DNA of 64,000 nucleotides, taken from contig NC_058368.1 in NCBI RefSeq assembly GCF_018350175.1, positions 136,712,001-136,776,000 of the forward strand, written 5' to 3'. How positions within the stretch are numbered: position 1 is the stretch's first letter; each line of letters begins with the position of its first letter. The stretch comes from Felis catus (taxonomy: Eukaryota). A program made the position numbers and the translations under genes. Positions 12,071 through 26,585 of this stretch are shown piece by piece. A model generated the notes under the pieces. That model was not told where the DNA came from. It saw nothing but the letters and a program-made list of their open reading frames with translations, and did no database searches.

Positions 12071-15000
12071 AAACGGAGTTCTTTTTAAAGGTAATATCAG
12101 AACGGGATTCTGGCAAAGTATGTATGTAGCTTTTCCTATCTTGTTTTATATACATAAAAAAGCAAGGTGTTTTGTTTTTTTTTTTCTAGGAGTGGTGTGA
12201 TACAGTTAAGCAGTCAGCCCCTCACTTCTTAAAATGGGAATTTGTAAAATTCTGTAAAACCCAAGCCTCTAACCGTGGTTTCTCCCCTGCCTACTTGAAG
12301 TGTTTTTGTTGACGAAAAGTGGGTCTCTGAAGGAAACAGGCAGAAAAAAGAAAGTGTTTGGAAAATCTCATTGCTATTTTTTTATGGCATTTCTTATAAA
12401 TCAGCCAGGTTTTAAAAGAAGTGTAGCTTTTGTTGAAAAAGACCATTTCAAGGGAGAACATTGTCCAGTTAAGCCTTTGCAATCAGTGTGGCTACAATGT
12501 GGATCCTGGGCCTGTGGCCGGCCTTGCTGTAACCAGAAGCAATGTGGTTCCACAAGAGGAACCGCAAGGAAACCAAGGCCGTCTGAAGTCTGAGAAGAAA
12601 GCTTGTCTAAGGTCCCAGGAGTGAGTATAAGAAAACAAAATTTAAGTCAGGAAATTGTACTATGGCTATGTTTGGCATCTGGCTCTATGAATTCTGAGCA
12701 GATTGTAGACAAATATTTACTCAGTTACCTTGTATTTGCCTCAGATATCTGTTTGCCGAGTCTTTTTGCACAGATTTGTCTCCCTTCCCTTCCCATTTGC
12801 ACACATGAGACCACATGTTAGCTTTGCTCTGTTACATAGCAACAGGCTGTGCTGCTGGCCGCCTGAGTTCTCGTAGGAGGGGGCAGGGAGGGAGTGTACT
12901 GGTCCCAAAGCTGCATCGTCTTCCCTGCTGTGAACGATTTCCCAAATGTGCGAGGGGGGGACCAGATCTGCCTTGACAAGAATCGCCGAAGAATCACTGA
13001 AGCTTAGTCACGTGAAGGTAATGAGGTCTTTTAATTGGCTAAAGTCTGGAGATATCTGTCAGGAGCAATAGTATTTTGCCGTTTTCGTGGGTACCGATCT
13101 TCCATTCCAGTCTTACTAAAGGGTAAAGTGATGACAAGCAGAATTGAGGGCTGGGGAGAGTGTGGTGATAATTTATAATTGTGGATTGGAACTGAGCAAG
13201 GCCACCCGGGCAGCGAGATGGTTTGCGGCTTTGGGTGGTAGTGGGGTGGGGTGGGGGGGATAAATAAGATGGGCAGTTAGGAATATAAACCCTTGAAGGT
13301 AACGAACTCAAGTCTCCTTTTCCTTATTAATTCTCCGGGTTCCCTTCTGTTGGTCCTTAAACAAGGAGAGAGGAAATCCCTCACCCTTTGTTTAGAGACC
13401 GCAGGTCAACTTTGAATAACAAATGAAAATGGAAATGTCCAGACATCTCCGGCTCTCAGCTGTGGGACCTTGTGGCAGGGTGCTTGCTACACAGACTCCT
13501 TCCTTCCCAAAGCCTTGTGCTGGTGTTTACGATTTCCATTAAAAGAAAAATCTTTCTTTAGATTGACAAGACAACCTTCAACACATAATTCCCGACTAAA
13601 ACTTGCAGGTTGGGAATGCAGTTAGCAAGCAGTTCTTGATTCGAATGCCCTGCACGTCTCTCATACTGAGCACAAGCAAAACCAAAGCAAGTGTATTGTG
13701 ATGGAGTTATTATTACTTTTATTATTTTGCTTATGTTTCCACCAGGGAATTAATTTCTTTCTTACTTGTCTCCCATGCCTAGGTCACTCTTGTGTATCTG
13801 TCACTGACACTGTCAGATTCTCTAGAAATGGTGTGTACCTGAAGTGTCCTCATGAGCAGAGGGCACAGGATTTAGGGGCCAAGGAGTTGGGACAGCCTTG
13901 CTCAGTGCCCATGTGTGACTCCACACAGACTGAGTGACTTTCCTCCAACTGTATGTTGGGTTGACTTGTTTTGGGACCATTGGGATGCCTTTGGTCCCAT
14001 TCCAGTTTGCTGTAACAGCTTTGTCTATTTGTAGATAGACACAGAGGTAGTGCCTATGCAACACAAAAGGAGGTCTGACGAGTTTTAGTTAATGTGGCCA
14101 GGGCACATGGCCACAGGCAGGCGAGATCACAGGGAGTGGACGAGCATTGAGGCTTATCGTCTCAACCGTGCCCAGAATCCTGCCCAGCTGAGCTCTTAAA
14201 CTTTGCCAACCACGGTTTTCCTGAGTAAATAAACATGGGACCCCCACCAGCTAGAGAGGTGCACATAGAACAAGGCCTCCACGCCTACCACTTGTACTGC
14301 TTTTTGTGACCAGCATCAGGGGATTTTGGAAGCTGCTTCTTACTCCCGGGGCCTCTTTTCCTCAGACCCACTGGTTCTGGGGATTCCAGCAGGTCCTGGG
14401 CTTTCTTGGGCCTTCCCCTTTGTGTATTTCTCCGTGCACTGTGAACAGGCACCTGAACAGTTCCTGTCAGCTTTTGTACATCTGGAGAGTGTCTTCTAAG
14501 CTGGGAGTCTTTCAGCTGGGGAGCACTTACCCTGACAAATACAGGTGCACTGCAAGTTTTCATGTGTCATCATGGTGCTCCAAAGCCTAGGTTATTCTAG
14601 CCTTCGGGCTGAACAATGGATTAGGTATTTTTCTGAAGAGAGTAGAAATGGAAAGCTGGGCATTCTGGTGAATGGGAGATAAATCTATGTCCTTACACAC
14701 TGTGTCCTTTTCACTGGCTCAGTTACTGACTATACTAGAATACCTTATTTTCTAAACATTTTCTATGTAAAGATCTGGCCTCATTGACTAGAATATTAAA
14801 CTCCTCAAGAGTGATAGTCCCATGTTTTGTACGTTTGTTCCCTTCAGAGTATAGCAAAGAGCCAGCTTGTGAAAGAGCGTAAATTCTAGGCTGAAGAGTT
14901 TGGGTTCGGTCCTGAGGACACTTGGGAGCCATTGGTGGTTCTTGAGCGGTGGACTGACTTAACAAAAGCAGTGACTGAGAATATGATTTAGTGAGAATGT

Positions 15001-15949
15001 TTTGGCTCAGAAACAGAGGTTGTGGTTTCGTGTATTCCTGTCTTTAGAAGTTTCTGGTAGTTATACTAACAACAAAAATATGTGATGGATTAAATAAAAT
15101 CTCTCTGTAAATAGGGCACAGTGTTTAAGTCTGTGCAAGGGTGATGTCCTTTATCAAGGGATTGCACAACCATCATTTCCAAGCACACACAAGCCTCCAC
15201 ACTGTGTTCCCAACATCAGCAGATTTGGGAGAGCAGTGGCCATCCATGATGGCCATTTTTAGGATATTTCCTGAATCTTGTCGTTTCTTTACAGTTTTCT
15301 CCTCGCTTTGAGTAGCATTTTGGTGGAACATCTGATACAAAGAGCACAGGAGGTTGTTGAAGGATTTTCATTTTGGACACATCTAGCTCCTCAGGCTTGA
15401 AGCTCTGTACCCCATTTCCTGCTTCTCACTTCCTCTGCTCCTCAAACACTGATTGTCCTTTACGACTTTTGCCATTGCACTGGACTGCACTTGCTATGCC
15501 AGACTGGCTGAAGGCAGTAGGGAAAAAGCACCAGCCTGGTGGGTGCAGACCTTACCCATGACATTGACCACTCCCTGCTCCTCAGCTTACCTTTCTTCAG
15601 TATGGAATTTCTTAAGTGCTCCCCTCCGACCACCACCATCACCCGAGGGAATGAGCATTTGATTTAGAAGACAAAACAGAAATCTTCCTGGCCAAGTAAA
15701 CACTTATGGACCAAGGAGTCAACAGATGGAGGCAGGAAATTTTAGAATCTCATCTTCTTAGGAAAGAAAAAAAAAAAAAAGGCAACGTGAAAATGGAATT
15801 GCATGACCACATAATAAAAGCCATTGTGTGCTAATTGAGTAGTATAAGCATAAAATATGGCAGAGATGCTTAAGCACAGAAGAAAGATGAGCTATTGATT
15901 CCTAATCCTGACGGTGATTGTTAAATTTCAGGATGTTAGTGACAACTCA

Positions 15950-16090
15950 CATTTCTACTGTGCTTTCCAACACACTTCTCACACGTTACCTCTTTTAAGT
16001 CTTAGAACAACCCTGTAGATAAGAATTGTCATTGTTCCCATTTTGTATACTAGGAAACCAGGGCCTGGTAAGATTTAGGGACTGCACGGT
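15950..16090 (-). mobile_element. MIR fragment
   Basis: aacaaccctgtagataag ... cccattttgtatactaggaaacc. Confidence 0.55.
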
Positions 16091-17879
16091 TCTCCTGGTT
16101 TCCAATTTCTGTTGCCATGCATTTTCCTGCACAGTATGGGAAACAGTGTTTTCTCTGACATAAACAGGGACACAGAACAAGAACAAAGTGCCTGAGTTAC
16201 CTTTGAATGTCAGAGCATAAAGAGACTGTCAAAAGCAGCCAGTACAAACTCCCTCCCCACCTGCTCTCACTTTATAGTTGAGGAGACTGAGACCCAGGAA
16301 AACCTCTTGAGTCAACGCTGAGAAGCAGCATATGGTGGACCAGATCTTTGGCCTTCCCAACTCCTAATCGCAGTAGGTTTATTTGTGTAGGCAATGGATT
16401 GTAAGCTCCCCACGTCCACCCTAACTGGCTGGTGGCCCAGTGACTAGCGCTTAGTCAGTGCTTAGTAAATGTGTGTTAAACAGATGTATGAATGATTGAC
16501 TGACTTTAATTGTAACCGTATGCAAATCAGTACATTTCTTTTATATCTGTCTTGACCTAGTTTTCCTACGCAAAGATGTTATTTTTCACTCTGCATTGAG
16601 AGGGTAATGTTTATAAAAATCCCGAGGTAATCAGCTGAGAGGCCCTGAATGTGTATAAAGTATCATCAGTGGTATCACTGAGTTGCTTTTCTGTGGTACT
16701 CTGGGTTAATCAAAGGCCTTTGTTATCGTTGTTTTAAGCACAAATCTCCAATTTATTATTTAGTTCATTGCTCTTATTAACTTATTTGAAATGCAAATAG
16801 CAGCAAAACATAGGTCAACAGCTGCAGCTGTGGGTTGCAGACAGTGGGGGCCAAAGCACAAGATGGAGACGGGATTCCTGGGGACGACCAGCAGTGGGCT
16901 CCCACACCCTCCCCGGGGATTGACTGGGGAGGACATCTTTGATTACAGGGGAGGAGGGTGAGTCTGGGGGACAAGTGGGCAGAAGAATCTAAAAGGAATT
17001 ATTGATCTCAGTCCCTGAAAGTAGAAAAAATGAGTACACAGCCCATACCTGCCTGGTAAGATTCATGGCCATCCCGTAATGGATCATTGCTGGGGAAGCA
17101 AAGTCGAAACCTTCCAGTAATTGCTTTTGGACTATGGGAAATGACAGTAGTAAGGGAGATAATACATGCAGCACACTTGCCTTGCATGTAGAAAGCAGTT
17201 CCTAGATGCTAGCTAATATTATTCTTTTTCCTCTGATTTTTATTACAGTCCTTATAATCAGATGTATTGTACAGGATAGTCAGAAACTCTAAAATGATGC
17301 AGACCTCAATGAACTATAAATCTTGTCCTAATTCCACACAACTATTTAGGCAGCTAAAGCCATCGGAGAGAAGAGAGGTGTTTGGAAAATGTGACTGGAT
17401 TCCCTTAAACATAGCAGCAGCAGATACCCAAGGGGCGTGTCCTGTGGCTGAGTGGGGGAAGTTTTCAATGGTGTTTTGGTTGTGCGATTTTAGAATGACT
17501 AATTTGAAGAGAATCACCAATGTATTCATTGGTAGAGCAATGGCAACTTGGATTTTGGTCATTTCCTAATGAGATGCAAAACCTGGCATCAGTGGAAATG
17601 AAAAAGAAGTTGAGAGGCAAGATTGAGGTAATACAAGGCACTTGTGCTGTTTGGTTCTTGGACGGTCGTGGCAGAGCCGTTTAGGAGTGAGTGCCGCCGG
17701 TAGAGGACCCTGAATGACCCTGAATGAGTTGGGGCATCTTTGAGACAGGAAGAAGAATTCTGGGGCTGCGGAGGTTTTACGTAATATATATAATTTGATT
17801 TTGAAAGGGTTCATTTATGGAGGAACTTTGGGATTTGGGCAATCTACCCATTTCAATTATTATAGTGATTATAGATATA

Positions 17880-18065
17880 CCCATTTATTGAGCGCCCACA
17901 TGCCAGGATCCTATGGACAAGACCTCATTTTTCATTCTTCCTACAGCCCTACGAAATGTGGGTCCTGTTCATCCCATTTACTGATGAGGAACCTGAAGGT
18001 CAGAGCCAGAGAGGTTATAGCTAGCAAATTGCAACGTCTGGATTTGAACTCAGGTTGCCCATTTC
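17880..18065 (-). mobile_element. MIR fragment
   Basis: catttattgagcgcccacatgccagg ... cccatttactgatgagga ... ggatttgaactcagg. Confidence 0.7.
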
Positions 18066-18122
18066 CACAGCTTCTTTCATTGCCTCTGGGAGAGAAGTTG
18101 CCATATGCAGTCAAGACTTAAA

Positions 18123-18162
18123 AACAACAACAACAACAGCAACAACAACAACAACAACAAAA
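18123..18162. repeat. (AAC)n microsatellite with one interruption
   Basis: Direct reading. Confidence 0.95.
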
Positions 18163-18305
18163 CCCCGTCTTCTATAAAAAACTATAGAAAGATGATCCTT
18201 CCTTGAAGAAAGAATTTAGGAATCAGTCAATATATTACTGCTTAATAATATATTAAAGATATTAATTATATTAAATATATATCTATTATATTTAAGTGAC
18301 ATAAG

Positions 18306-18357
18306 TATTATATTATTATATTATATTATATTATATTATATTATATTATATTATATT
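18306..18357. repeat. (TATTA)n pentanucleotide repeat in an AT-rich tract
   Basis: Direct reading. Confidence 0.95.
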
Positions 18358-19267
18358 CTTAATATATGAAGACAATATATTACACCCCATTATGCCAACA
18401 TTTTGACTTACTTCATAGGAATCCTTAAAAGCAGCAACAACTCTCTAAGTCTTTGGAGGGAATGAAAATGTCCAGGGTGTGAAAACTCCTGAAAAGGCAA
18501 ATATGATATGTTAACATAAAGGAGTATTACTGGGTGCCTATTTCCTAAAGGGTGGAACATAATTAATAATATCTCCCAGCTTGGCTTTGTATATGAAAGT
18601 ATGTGTTTAAATTGACATTTTATATTGCTGAGAAACATTAGACCAGTATTTATCTTACACCCTGGAGGATGAAGTGCCTTCTAGACTCTCTGAATGTTCA
18701 CTAAAAGCAGGTATTGATGGATTTTAGAGGGAGCCTCGTAGGCATGGAATGATGGAAATCAAGAAAGGAACATTTGGGAAGATTCCACATGGATTTTAGG
18801 GGTCTTCCAGGAACTAGAGTTTCATGCCAAATTCATACGTGAGTCTAAGCCCGATTTTAAGGGGAAGAATTTTTTGCAAATAGTGTGGGATCCAGACCTC
18901 TCTCGTGGTTGTTTGAACTTGAGAAGCAGGGACATGCCGCCTCTGTCCACATGACATAATACCTTTAACCTGGTAAGATGATACCTGACTAGCTCCTTGT
19001 CATTGCCTTGTCTTTCTGGTGTCCTCTAGAGCTAAAACGCAGGACTGCTTTAGTTTTTGTGGAGGAGGGCAAAAATGTGCTTTTGAACCAAGCAAGGGAA
19101 GGAGTGCCACCCACTGCTTTATCTTCTTGTATTTCCATTTTCACTTTGAGCGTCGACGAGAATCTGGAAGCAGAGGAAAGATACTGTCGATGAGGGACAG
19201 AGAAAATGGGCGGTGTTGGGAACCCTCCTGTATGTTGTAGGTTGAGAACTTAAAAAAACAAACCCTG

Positions 19268-19312
19268 AAAACAAAACAAAACAAAACAAAACAAAACAAA
19301 ACAAAACAAAAA
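19268..19312. repeat. (AAAAC)n pentanucleotide repeat
   Basis: Direct reading. Confidence 0.95.
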
Positions 19313-20254
19313 ACCCTTCTTGTAACCATTTCCCAGCTGTTTTTGAAAAGATTCTGAAAAGCAAATAGCATCTTTAATCAAGAGCAATAGTATTAGATCG
19401 TTTACTACAAGTTATACTTTTCTTTCAGCCTGTATTTATTTTGCAAGGCTAGAAATAGCTGGAGTTATTTCAGCACCCATGACTATTGTCTAGGAATTGA
19501 GTGTAGGTTGCAAATAGCCTGGATGACTACAGTGTTTGGAAATAAGCCTTTTTGTTTTGCCAGTCTCTTTAAGGCAGAAGGGTTTATAAACGTTCCTGTG
19601 GTTCGTTGTTTCATGGTGCCTTCTTTTGCATCAATTCACTAGCCTCGCGATGCCATCATTTTATGCTAGAATATATTATTTTAGGTCTGTCGGAGAGTGA
19701 CAGGGCTAGTCTGTGTTCCTTGAGACAGGTATAGAGGCAACTTCAGACTTGTGAGAGATCTGTTAATTCTCAGCAAGTAGAAAACAGGCAAGGAGGAGGA
19801 ATCATACCCTTTCCGTCTCAGGGACCAGAATCCTGTGTGACTTGCTAGAGGCTGTTGGAGAATCTTTGCCCGTGGGGATCTTTAAGAATAAGCTAACAGT
19901 GACCATGGAATTAAGTGCTCATTGGTCCTGGGCCTTGGAGTATTACCTGGATAGATGAGGTCTAGCCTTAGGCCTAGGGAATTGGCAATTCCATGTGCCA
20001 GAAAGACGGCAGAACATCTACCACTTGGTTGCCTAACTCCGGAGCACGTCAGTTGCATCAGGTGAGTAGTTAATAGTGCTCCCAGACCTTGGCAACATGG
20101 TGGTCCTGGTAAGAACACGTTGCCTCTCCCTTAGATTTTGGTAGCATCATCCGGAAGAATCCCAGGTCTGGGTCAGGTGACAGAAAAGAGCTCAAACTCA
20201 AGTCGGCCAGGGTGTTTGACTTGGTGGTTCTGAGGCGACCAAAAGGATGAGCTT

Positions 20255-20450
20255 TGATTCCAGACGCACCTGGGTTCAAATCACAGCTTTGCCACTCACC
20301 AGCCATGGCTTTGGCCCAGTTACTGAATTTCTCTATACCTAGTTTCTCCACATAGCCAGTGAAGTTCATTGGATCGCTCTTGTTGACAATTAGAGTTCAT
20401 GCTACAATATGCCAGGAACACATACTAAGCTGTCAATAAATAGTAGCTGT
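20255..20450 (+). mobile_element. MIR fragment
   Basis: cctgggttcaaatcacagctttgccactcacc ... ctagtttctccacat. Confidence 0.7.
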
Positions 20451-21764
20451 ATGGTTTGTATGGTTACTAGTACTGGTACTGGCCGGGATGAGCAAGCTGA
20501 AAACGCTTCTCTCAGAGACTGTGTGCCACTCATAGGGCCTCCAGCCCCCACACCAGGGAGGAATCTGGCGGACAGACGGACAGGAGAAAATTCCAGTTAG
20601 TGTGGTTGGTGATGTTCCTGACTTCCTCTGCCCTGCTTTCCTACCCTTGGGATTTCTGCACTCTCAGCTCACATTTGGCTTTACTGATGGTGTGGTGAAA
20701 AAAACAGGTGCTGGAAAAGCCGGACTTGACAGCCAGTTCAGAGTCCTCACGGGCTGTTGAGTCTGAGACAGAGCCGTAGGCGACCTCACTCCACAAGAGG
20801 AACCAGGGCGCTCGGCCGATCTGGTGGTGCTTAAGTCCTGATGTTCTGTGACCAGAGACATGGCATGTCACTTGGCAAAATGGCGGTGATTGACAAGATG
20901 AGTGTCTGAGCTGGGGAAAAAGGGAAGAGCCGAAAGTTAGAGGCAGAAGTGGGTTTTTTTTTGTTTTGTTTTTCCATTCGAGTCATTGTTAATAGGATAG
21001 CATAAAGGCCTCTTCATTTCCTCTGACATCTCCTCAGAGTTGCTAACTTGAGAAATCTTTGATGGGGGGGCCATGACATGATGGGAAGGACATCTTGTTC
21101 TCCCTTTTTATTTTATTCCTTGGAGGAGAGATGAGATGAAAATAAAATGGTTCTAAGGAAAAGGAAGGCATTTTTTTTTTTTTTTGAAAGAGAGTTAACC
21201 TAAAATAGAAGGAAGTAGCTTTTTATAAACAGCTGACTACCTTACTCTCTGTGGTTACATGCATTACTGTATGGTCGTGTTCATGAAATATCTCTAAAGA
21301 AATAGAAAGATGATCACACAATTTTTGTTTCTGACCTTGGATTCTATTACCTCAGTGGAGCCCAGAGGCTTTGCTGTTTCCGTGCACTGTGAGGGACCCA
21401 ACACGGTAGGGACTTAGTCAGTATTACATCATTATCATTAAAAAACACTCCCTACACTCCGCTTGGAGACCTTTACGTTGTATGAACGCACATGGGTTGA
21501 ATATTTAATTACAGCACCATGAGGGTTGCTCAGGGTGATTATGTCGCCTGGTGCGAAGCCTTCCAGTACAGTGTGTGGGGATTTTCATTTCATCCGTCTT
21601 TTGGAGTTTGCCACAAGGGGTCTCTGAGGGCTGTAAAAGCAAAACCTAGAGGAGCCCAAGGAGAGGAGACTCATTGGACATCCTGTGTTAGAGTCCCCTG
21701 CCTCCACTCTAAAGCGTTTTGTAAGTCAGGCAGTTAGGCTTTGCAGTCAGTCTGTTCTTTTCCT

Positions 21765-21980
21765 TTAAAAAAATTTTTTTTAAATGTTTATTTATTTTTG
21801 AGAGAGAAACAGAGCATGAGCTGGAGGAGGGGCAGAAAGAGAGGGACACAGAATCCGAAGCAGGCTCCAGGCTCTGAGCTGTCAGCACAGAGCCCAATGC
21901 GGGGCTGCAACCCATTAACCATGAGTTCGTGACCTGTGCCGAAGTTGGACATTTAACCGACTGAGCCACCCAGGCGCCCC
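21765..21980 (-). mobile_element. Can-SINE
   Basis: aatgtttatttatttttgagaga ... gactgagccacccaggcgcccc. Confidence 0.93.
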
Positions 21981-22654
21981 CAGTGTATTCTTTTTCTAAA
22001 AGAAGAGAGGATGTGTGTCCAACAGTTTCAGCCTAAGTGGATGAGGTTCCATATCTCTGCCATCATTGCCCCCAAATAGGCAACCTAAGAACTGAGCTTA
22101 AGTTGCTTCTCTAGCAGCCCATCTTTGGCTTCTAATAAGGAATCTGAGCAATGTTTAGGTTAAGAATCAAGGACCTTTGATGTCGCTTGAGATGATACCA
22201 CTCAGTGGATGATACCACGGCTTCTGTCTGCTGTATGAGTGCAGGTATAGGAGGAAGGCATACCCGTCATACACAGGAAGCCTTGTGGGATCATCCTTAG
22301 TCTCTGTAATGGCTCCTGTGGGAAGAAAAAGCTTAGGCTCCAGGATACCCATGCTTGACTCCGGCCTCTGCCATGATCTTGCTCTGTGACTCCGGACAAG
22401 TCACTGAGCCTTCCTGAAACTTAATGTCTGGAAAACAGGGATTTAGAATAGACTTGTCCAGATTCACATTTCTACAAGCTGGGTTACTGGCAGTGAGCCC
22501 TCCCATTGGACTGCATCACCCCATCCCTGAGGGCTTGTTTTCCCCGGTCTTGGAGATAACCTGCTCTATGCCTTCTTGCTTCATTTTACCCACCATTTTT
22601 AGGTCCCATCTAGATACCATCCTATATGGAAGCCTTCCTAAACCCTCCCACATC

Positions 22655-22795
22655 TGCCTGGTGATCAGAATCATCACCTGGAGTTTTAAACTCACAGATT
22701 TTAACCCTGACTCCAAGGATTCTGATTTGCCAGGTCTAGATTGGGATGGGTCATATGTAATTTTAACAAGCACTCTATGTACTTCTGATGGGTCA
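22655..22795. mobile_element. MER5-like hAT-Charlie DNA transposon remnant
   Basis: cagaatcatcacctggag ... gattctgatttgccaggtct ... ttttaacaagcactc ... ttctgatg. Confidence 0.6.
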
Positions 22796-23449
22796 GCTGG
22801 AGTCAGGAGCCACCTTTCTAGGACTGCTAGTTCCAGCTAGTTCCAGGTGAACCATTAGCTCTTAGCTTCATGTCTGTCTCCACAGTGGGTGCCTTATTGC
22901 CTCATGAGGTAACCGACCCCATCCAGCCAGTCTTTGGAAATGTGCCTCGACTCTAAAGTGCTTTAAATTATCAGTTGATTGGATCTAAAACCCATCTTTG
23001 TAAGTAAAATATAGTCATTTATTTAATGACTACATTCAGTCAGTTACCTATTTTTAACAACTTGTTCCTGGATATTTATGAATAGGTAGAATCATAGCTT
23101 GTGTGGGATACATTTATGCAGCTATTTAAAAATCTCTAACTATAACTTTTAGTCTAAATCAACCTCTTTTCCTTTCTACCTCATTTGCAAAGCCTCTTTG
23201 CAACTATTCTACATCTGTTATTCCGTCGATAATTACTGTGTTCTTTTCAAAAACCTTGAACTACAATTTCAATTAGGGAGGCTTTTTCACATGGTCCTCT
23301 CCACTCACGAATAGTAAATAAATGCCCAAGCATCCGTCAGTGAGAAAGCACTGGATTCCATCTTGAAATCTGATCTCTGACATCAGAGTGGGCTTCCACG
23401 CTAACTGCGTGGAGAAGCCCCGTGTGGCATGTGTGGTCATAGGAAGCGA

Positions 23450-23625
23450 GCGGCAGCTGCTCCGGGATGGGCACTGGGGGAAGACTTGCCAAAGGTGCTG
23501 CTGTGTCTCCAAGACCTGAAGGAACGGTGGGAGGCAGTCAAGTAAATGGGAGGGGACAAGTATCCCAGACAGAGGGAACAGCATATGCAAAACCCCAGAA
23601 AGACCAGGTGGAGCAGGCTGAAACA
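23450..23625 (-). mobile_element. L2 fragment
   Basis: agacctgaagga ... ccagacagagggaacagcatatgcaaaacccc. Confidence 0.55.
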
Positions 23626-23708
23626 TCCTAGCTGTGGTTTGCATCACTAACATAAAAACAGAATAATTTATGAGGCATGTCTCAGCTCTTTAAGTGTCAG
23701 AATGTTTT

Positions 23709-23934
23709 TTTTTTTAACTAAAAATTTTTTTTAAATGTTTATTTTTTTTTGAGAGACAGAGACAAAGCATGAGTGGGGGAGGGGCAGAGAGAGAGGGAGA
23801 CACACAATCTGAAGCAGGCTCCAGGCTCTGAGCCATCAGCACAGAGCCCGATGCGGGGCTCGAGCCCACTAACCATGAGATCGTGACCTGAGCTGAAGTC
23901 GGATGCTTAACCGACTGGGCCACCCAGGCGCCCC
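23709..23934 (-). mobile_element. Can-SINE with perfect TSD
   Basis: Consensus match; TSD ttaagtgtcagaatgtttt at 23690-23708 and 23935-23953. Confidence 0.95.
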
Positions 23935-25529
23935 TTAAGTGTCAGAATGTTTTCTTGCTATTTTCTCTCGCGGTAACAGCTTCTGTGGCTTATACAGAGC
24001 CTTCCTCTGAGGAGTGCCACTGTGTGAGCCACTTGGGAGTCCAGGGGAGTGAGGGTGGCATGTGAACCCGTTTCCATTCCTACCATCTTAGGGGAGAGCA
24101 TGGGCCCCTGGAATCATGGTGGAGAGTATTCCAGGGTTCTGTTATATGATGGGCACCTGTATGTAAAATGCATGGGATTTGGGCCCAATGAGTATTTGGT
24201 GTAGTCTAGTTCTCCCTGTCCTGCTGGACTGCGGGCCAGTGATGACAGAGCAGTGTTCCTACCCAAGAAGCTGGTTCCGAGCATCCAGAGGTGTGTCCCT
24301 CCCTTTCTCCCCCTGCTCTCTCAGGGACAGCCTTTAGCCCTTGTACTGTCTACAGTCAGCAAGGCCACCTGATAACGTGAAGCCAAGAGGATCCTCCCCA
24401 TTGAAGTCCGATAGTGACAAGACTTGTCTTTCTGGCTGTTCTCTGATAATGTGTCAAGGGAAATGCAAGCCCCAGGCAGCAGTAGCTGGCTGGGTTCCAG
24501 AGCCAAAACTGAATTAGAAACTCATTAAATACTGCGAACCAGTAAAGCTGGCTGGGCTGTGCAGTGGCTGGGAAAGTTGCAGGCAGAGGAAGGGAAGGGC
24601 GGGCATCTCTAGTTGGCAACTGGCAGGCTGTGAACAGGGCAAGACGGTCCAGGAAACAAGACAAAACAGGGCCGACTTGTCCTTCACACAGACATGTTTG
24701 TGAGTATGCTAGTTTGGTGCAGCCGCATAATGTATGCTAATTGCTATATTTCTTTTTTCCCCTTTTCACGGGAAATGCTCGGTCGGAGAGTTCCGAAACC
24801 AAAGAGGCAACACAGAAATGCCAAAATGTAGACATGACAAAAAAAGAGAGAGGGAACAAAGGGAAACAGAGGATTCGAGTTTACAAGATGGCTGAGCATT
24901 GCTGCTTGGTCAGCACCTGTCTTTTCTGTGCAAGTTGTAGAGAAAGTCAGTAAGCAGAATGGTGTGTGATGTTTTCTGCAGCATCTGGTCCACAGTCTGA
25001 AATTGGTTAGTTGGATTTCTTAAATCCTGGCAAAAATTCCACCTGTGGCAAAAAGGGCAAGTTGGCAAGATGAACTCCTAGAGGAGTTACCATAACTTCC
25101 AGAAAATATGAGCTGGTTCCCTCTTTATGACCTCTGACAAGACACCTACCTCTCTGGTTAGATAAGACACAGATGCAAACTTGAGAGGGGAAGGCACACA
25201 ATGGAGCCCACTTAAATTAATTACCCACTAATAGGAAAGACTCACTTAGAGTATTTTTTTGCCTATAGTGTTTGCTAAGATACCCTTGGGCAACTGTCAT
25301 TCTTCAAATCAAATAAAAACAGACCAGCGTATTAAAAGAATGGTTTCTCTAATGAAGCTTATAAAAGTGCATAGGTATTTTATATTGGAAAGAAAAATGG
25401 GCTAGGGAAGAAAAGTATTTTTTTTTCACATCTGACATCAAAATTCCAAAGGTTGAAGTATTGGTGAGTGGACTTATCTTTACCACAAGAACCCTTAATT
25501 TTTTAGAATAAGAAAAAGATGTAATGTAT

Positions 25530-25753
25530 TATTTTTTAAGTATTTTAAGTTTAATTTTTTAAAAATTTATTTTGAGAGAGAGATAGAGAGCATGCAGAGG
25601 AGGGACAGAGAGCCGGGGAGCCAGAATCCCAAGCAGGTTCTGCGATGTCAGCACAGAGCCCAGTGTGGGGTTCGAATTCATGAACCGTGAGATCATGATC
25701 TGAGCTGAGATCAAGAGTCCGATGCCTACCTGACTGAGGCACCCAGGCGCCCC
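25530..25753 (-). mobile_element. Can-SINE
   Basis: Consensus match; aagatgtaa duplicated on both flanks. Confidence 0.9.
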
Positions 25754-26078
25754 AAGATGTAACTTATTCTTTGAATCAATTTTGTAGAAATGAGACATTT
25801 AGGAAGTTTCATAATGCATTTTACTGGGTATGAAAAAAAGGTGGTACAGATATTTTCCAGAACACTATAGAAAGCACATTAAAGCATCAGCTTATATCCT
25901 TTAAAGGAAAAAAGTGACATGAAATTGAGCCTCTTTTCCAGATGTTTTAAAAGTCCCTTGAAACTTCTAAAATTAAACTTTTAGCTACAGTACACAAAAG
26001 AAACTGAATATATAGTCAAATGTCAGTGAGGGGAAACCTCTGTTTTATATACTAAACTCCTTTTCTCATCCATTTTCT

Positions 26079-26322
26079 TTCTTTCTTTCTTTTTTTTTTT
26101 TTTTAATGTTTATTGTTGACAGAGAGAGAGAGGGAGAGAGGAGAGTAAGCGAGAGCACGTGAGCAGGGATGGGGCAGGGAGAGAGGGAGATAGGATCCGA
26201 AGCAGGCTCTAGGCTCGGAGCTGTCAGCACAGAGCCCGACACGGGGCTTGAACTCGTCAACTGCGAGATCATGAGGTGAGCCGAAGTTGGACGTTTCACC
26301 CACTAAGCCACCCAGATGCCCC
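26079..26322 (-). mobile_element. Can-SINE with TSD
   Basis: Consensus match; TSD tctcatccattttct at 26064-26078 and 26323-26337. Confidence 0.94.
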
Positions 26323-26585
26323 TCTCATCCATTTTCTATGCTCCTTGTCTGAGGGCAGATTCCTTTTGCAAGAGAAGGTGCATTCTCTTCACCTGGAGCT
26401 GACATTCATTTAGGAAGCTGCTTCCAGAGCTACATCCAGAGCCTAATCCAGAATAGTCCTCTGCAAGAGGGAAGCCTTTACAGGTCCTGGTACCTCTTCA
26501 CTGAAAAAGGTCAGGCTTTAAAGGGAGGGTCACATCGATTTGCCTGGAGGCAGGAAGAAAAATGTCCCCCCCCCCCGCCCCCCGC

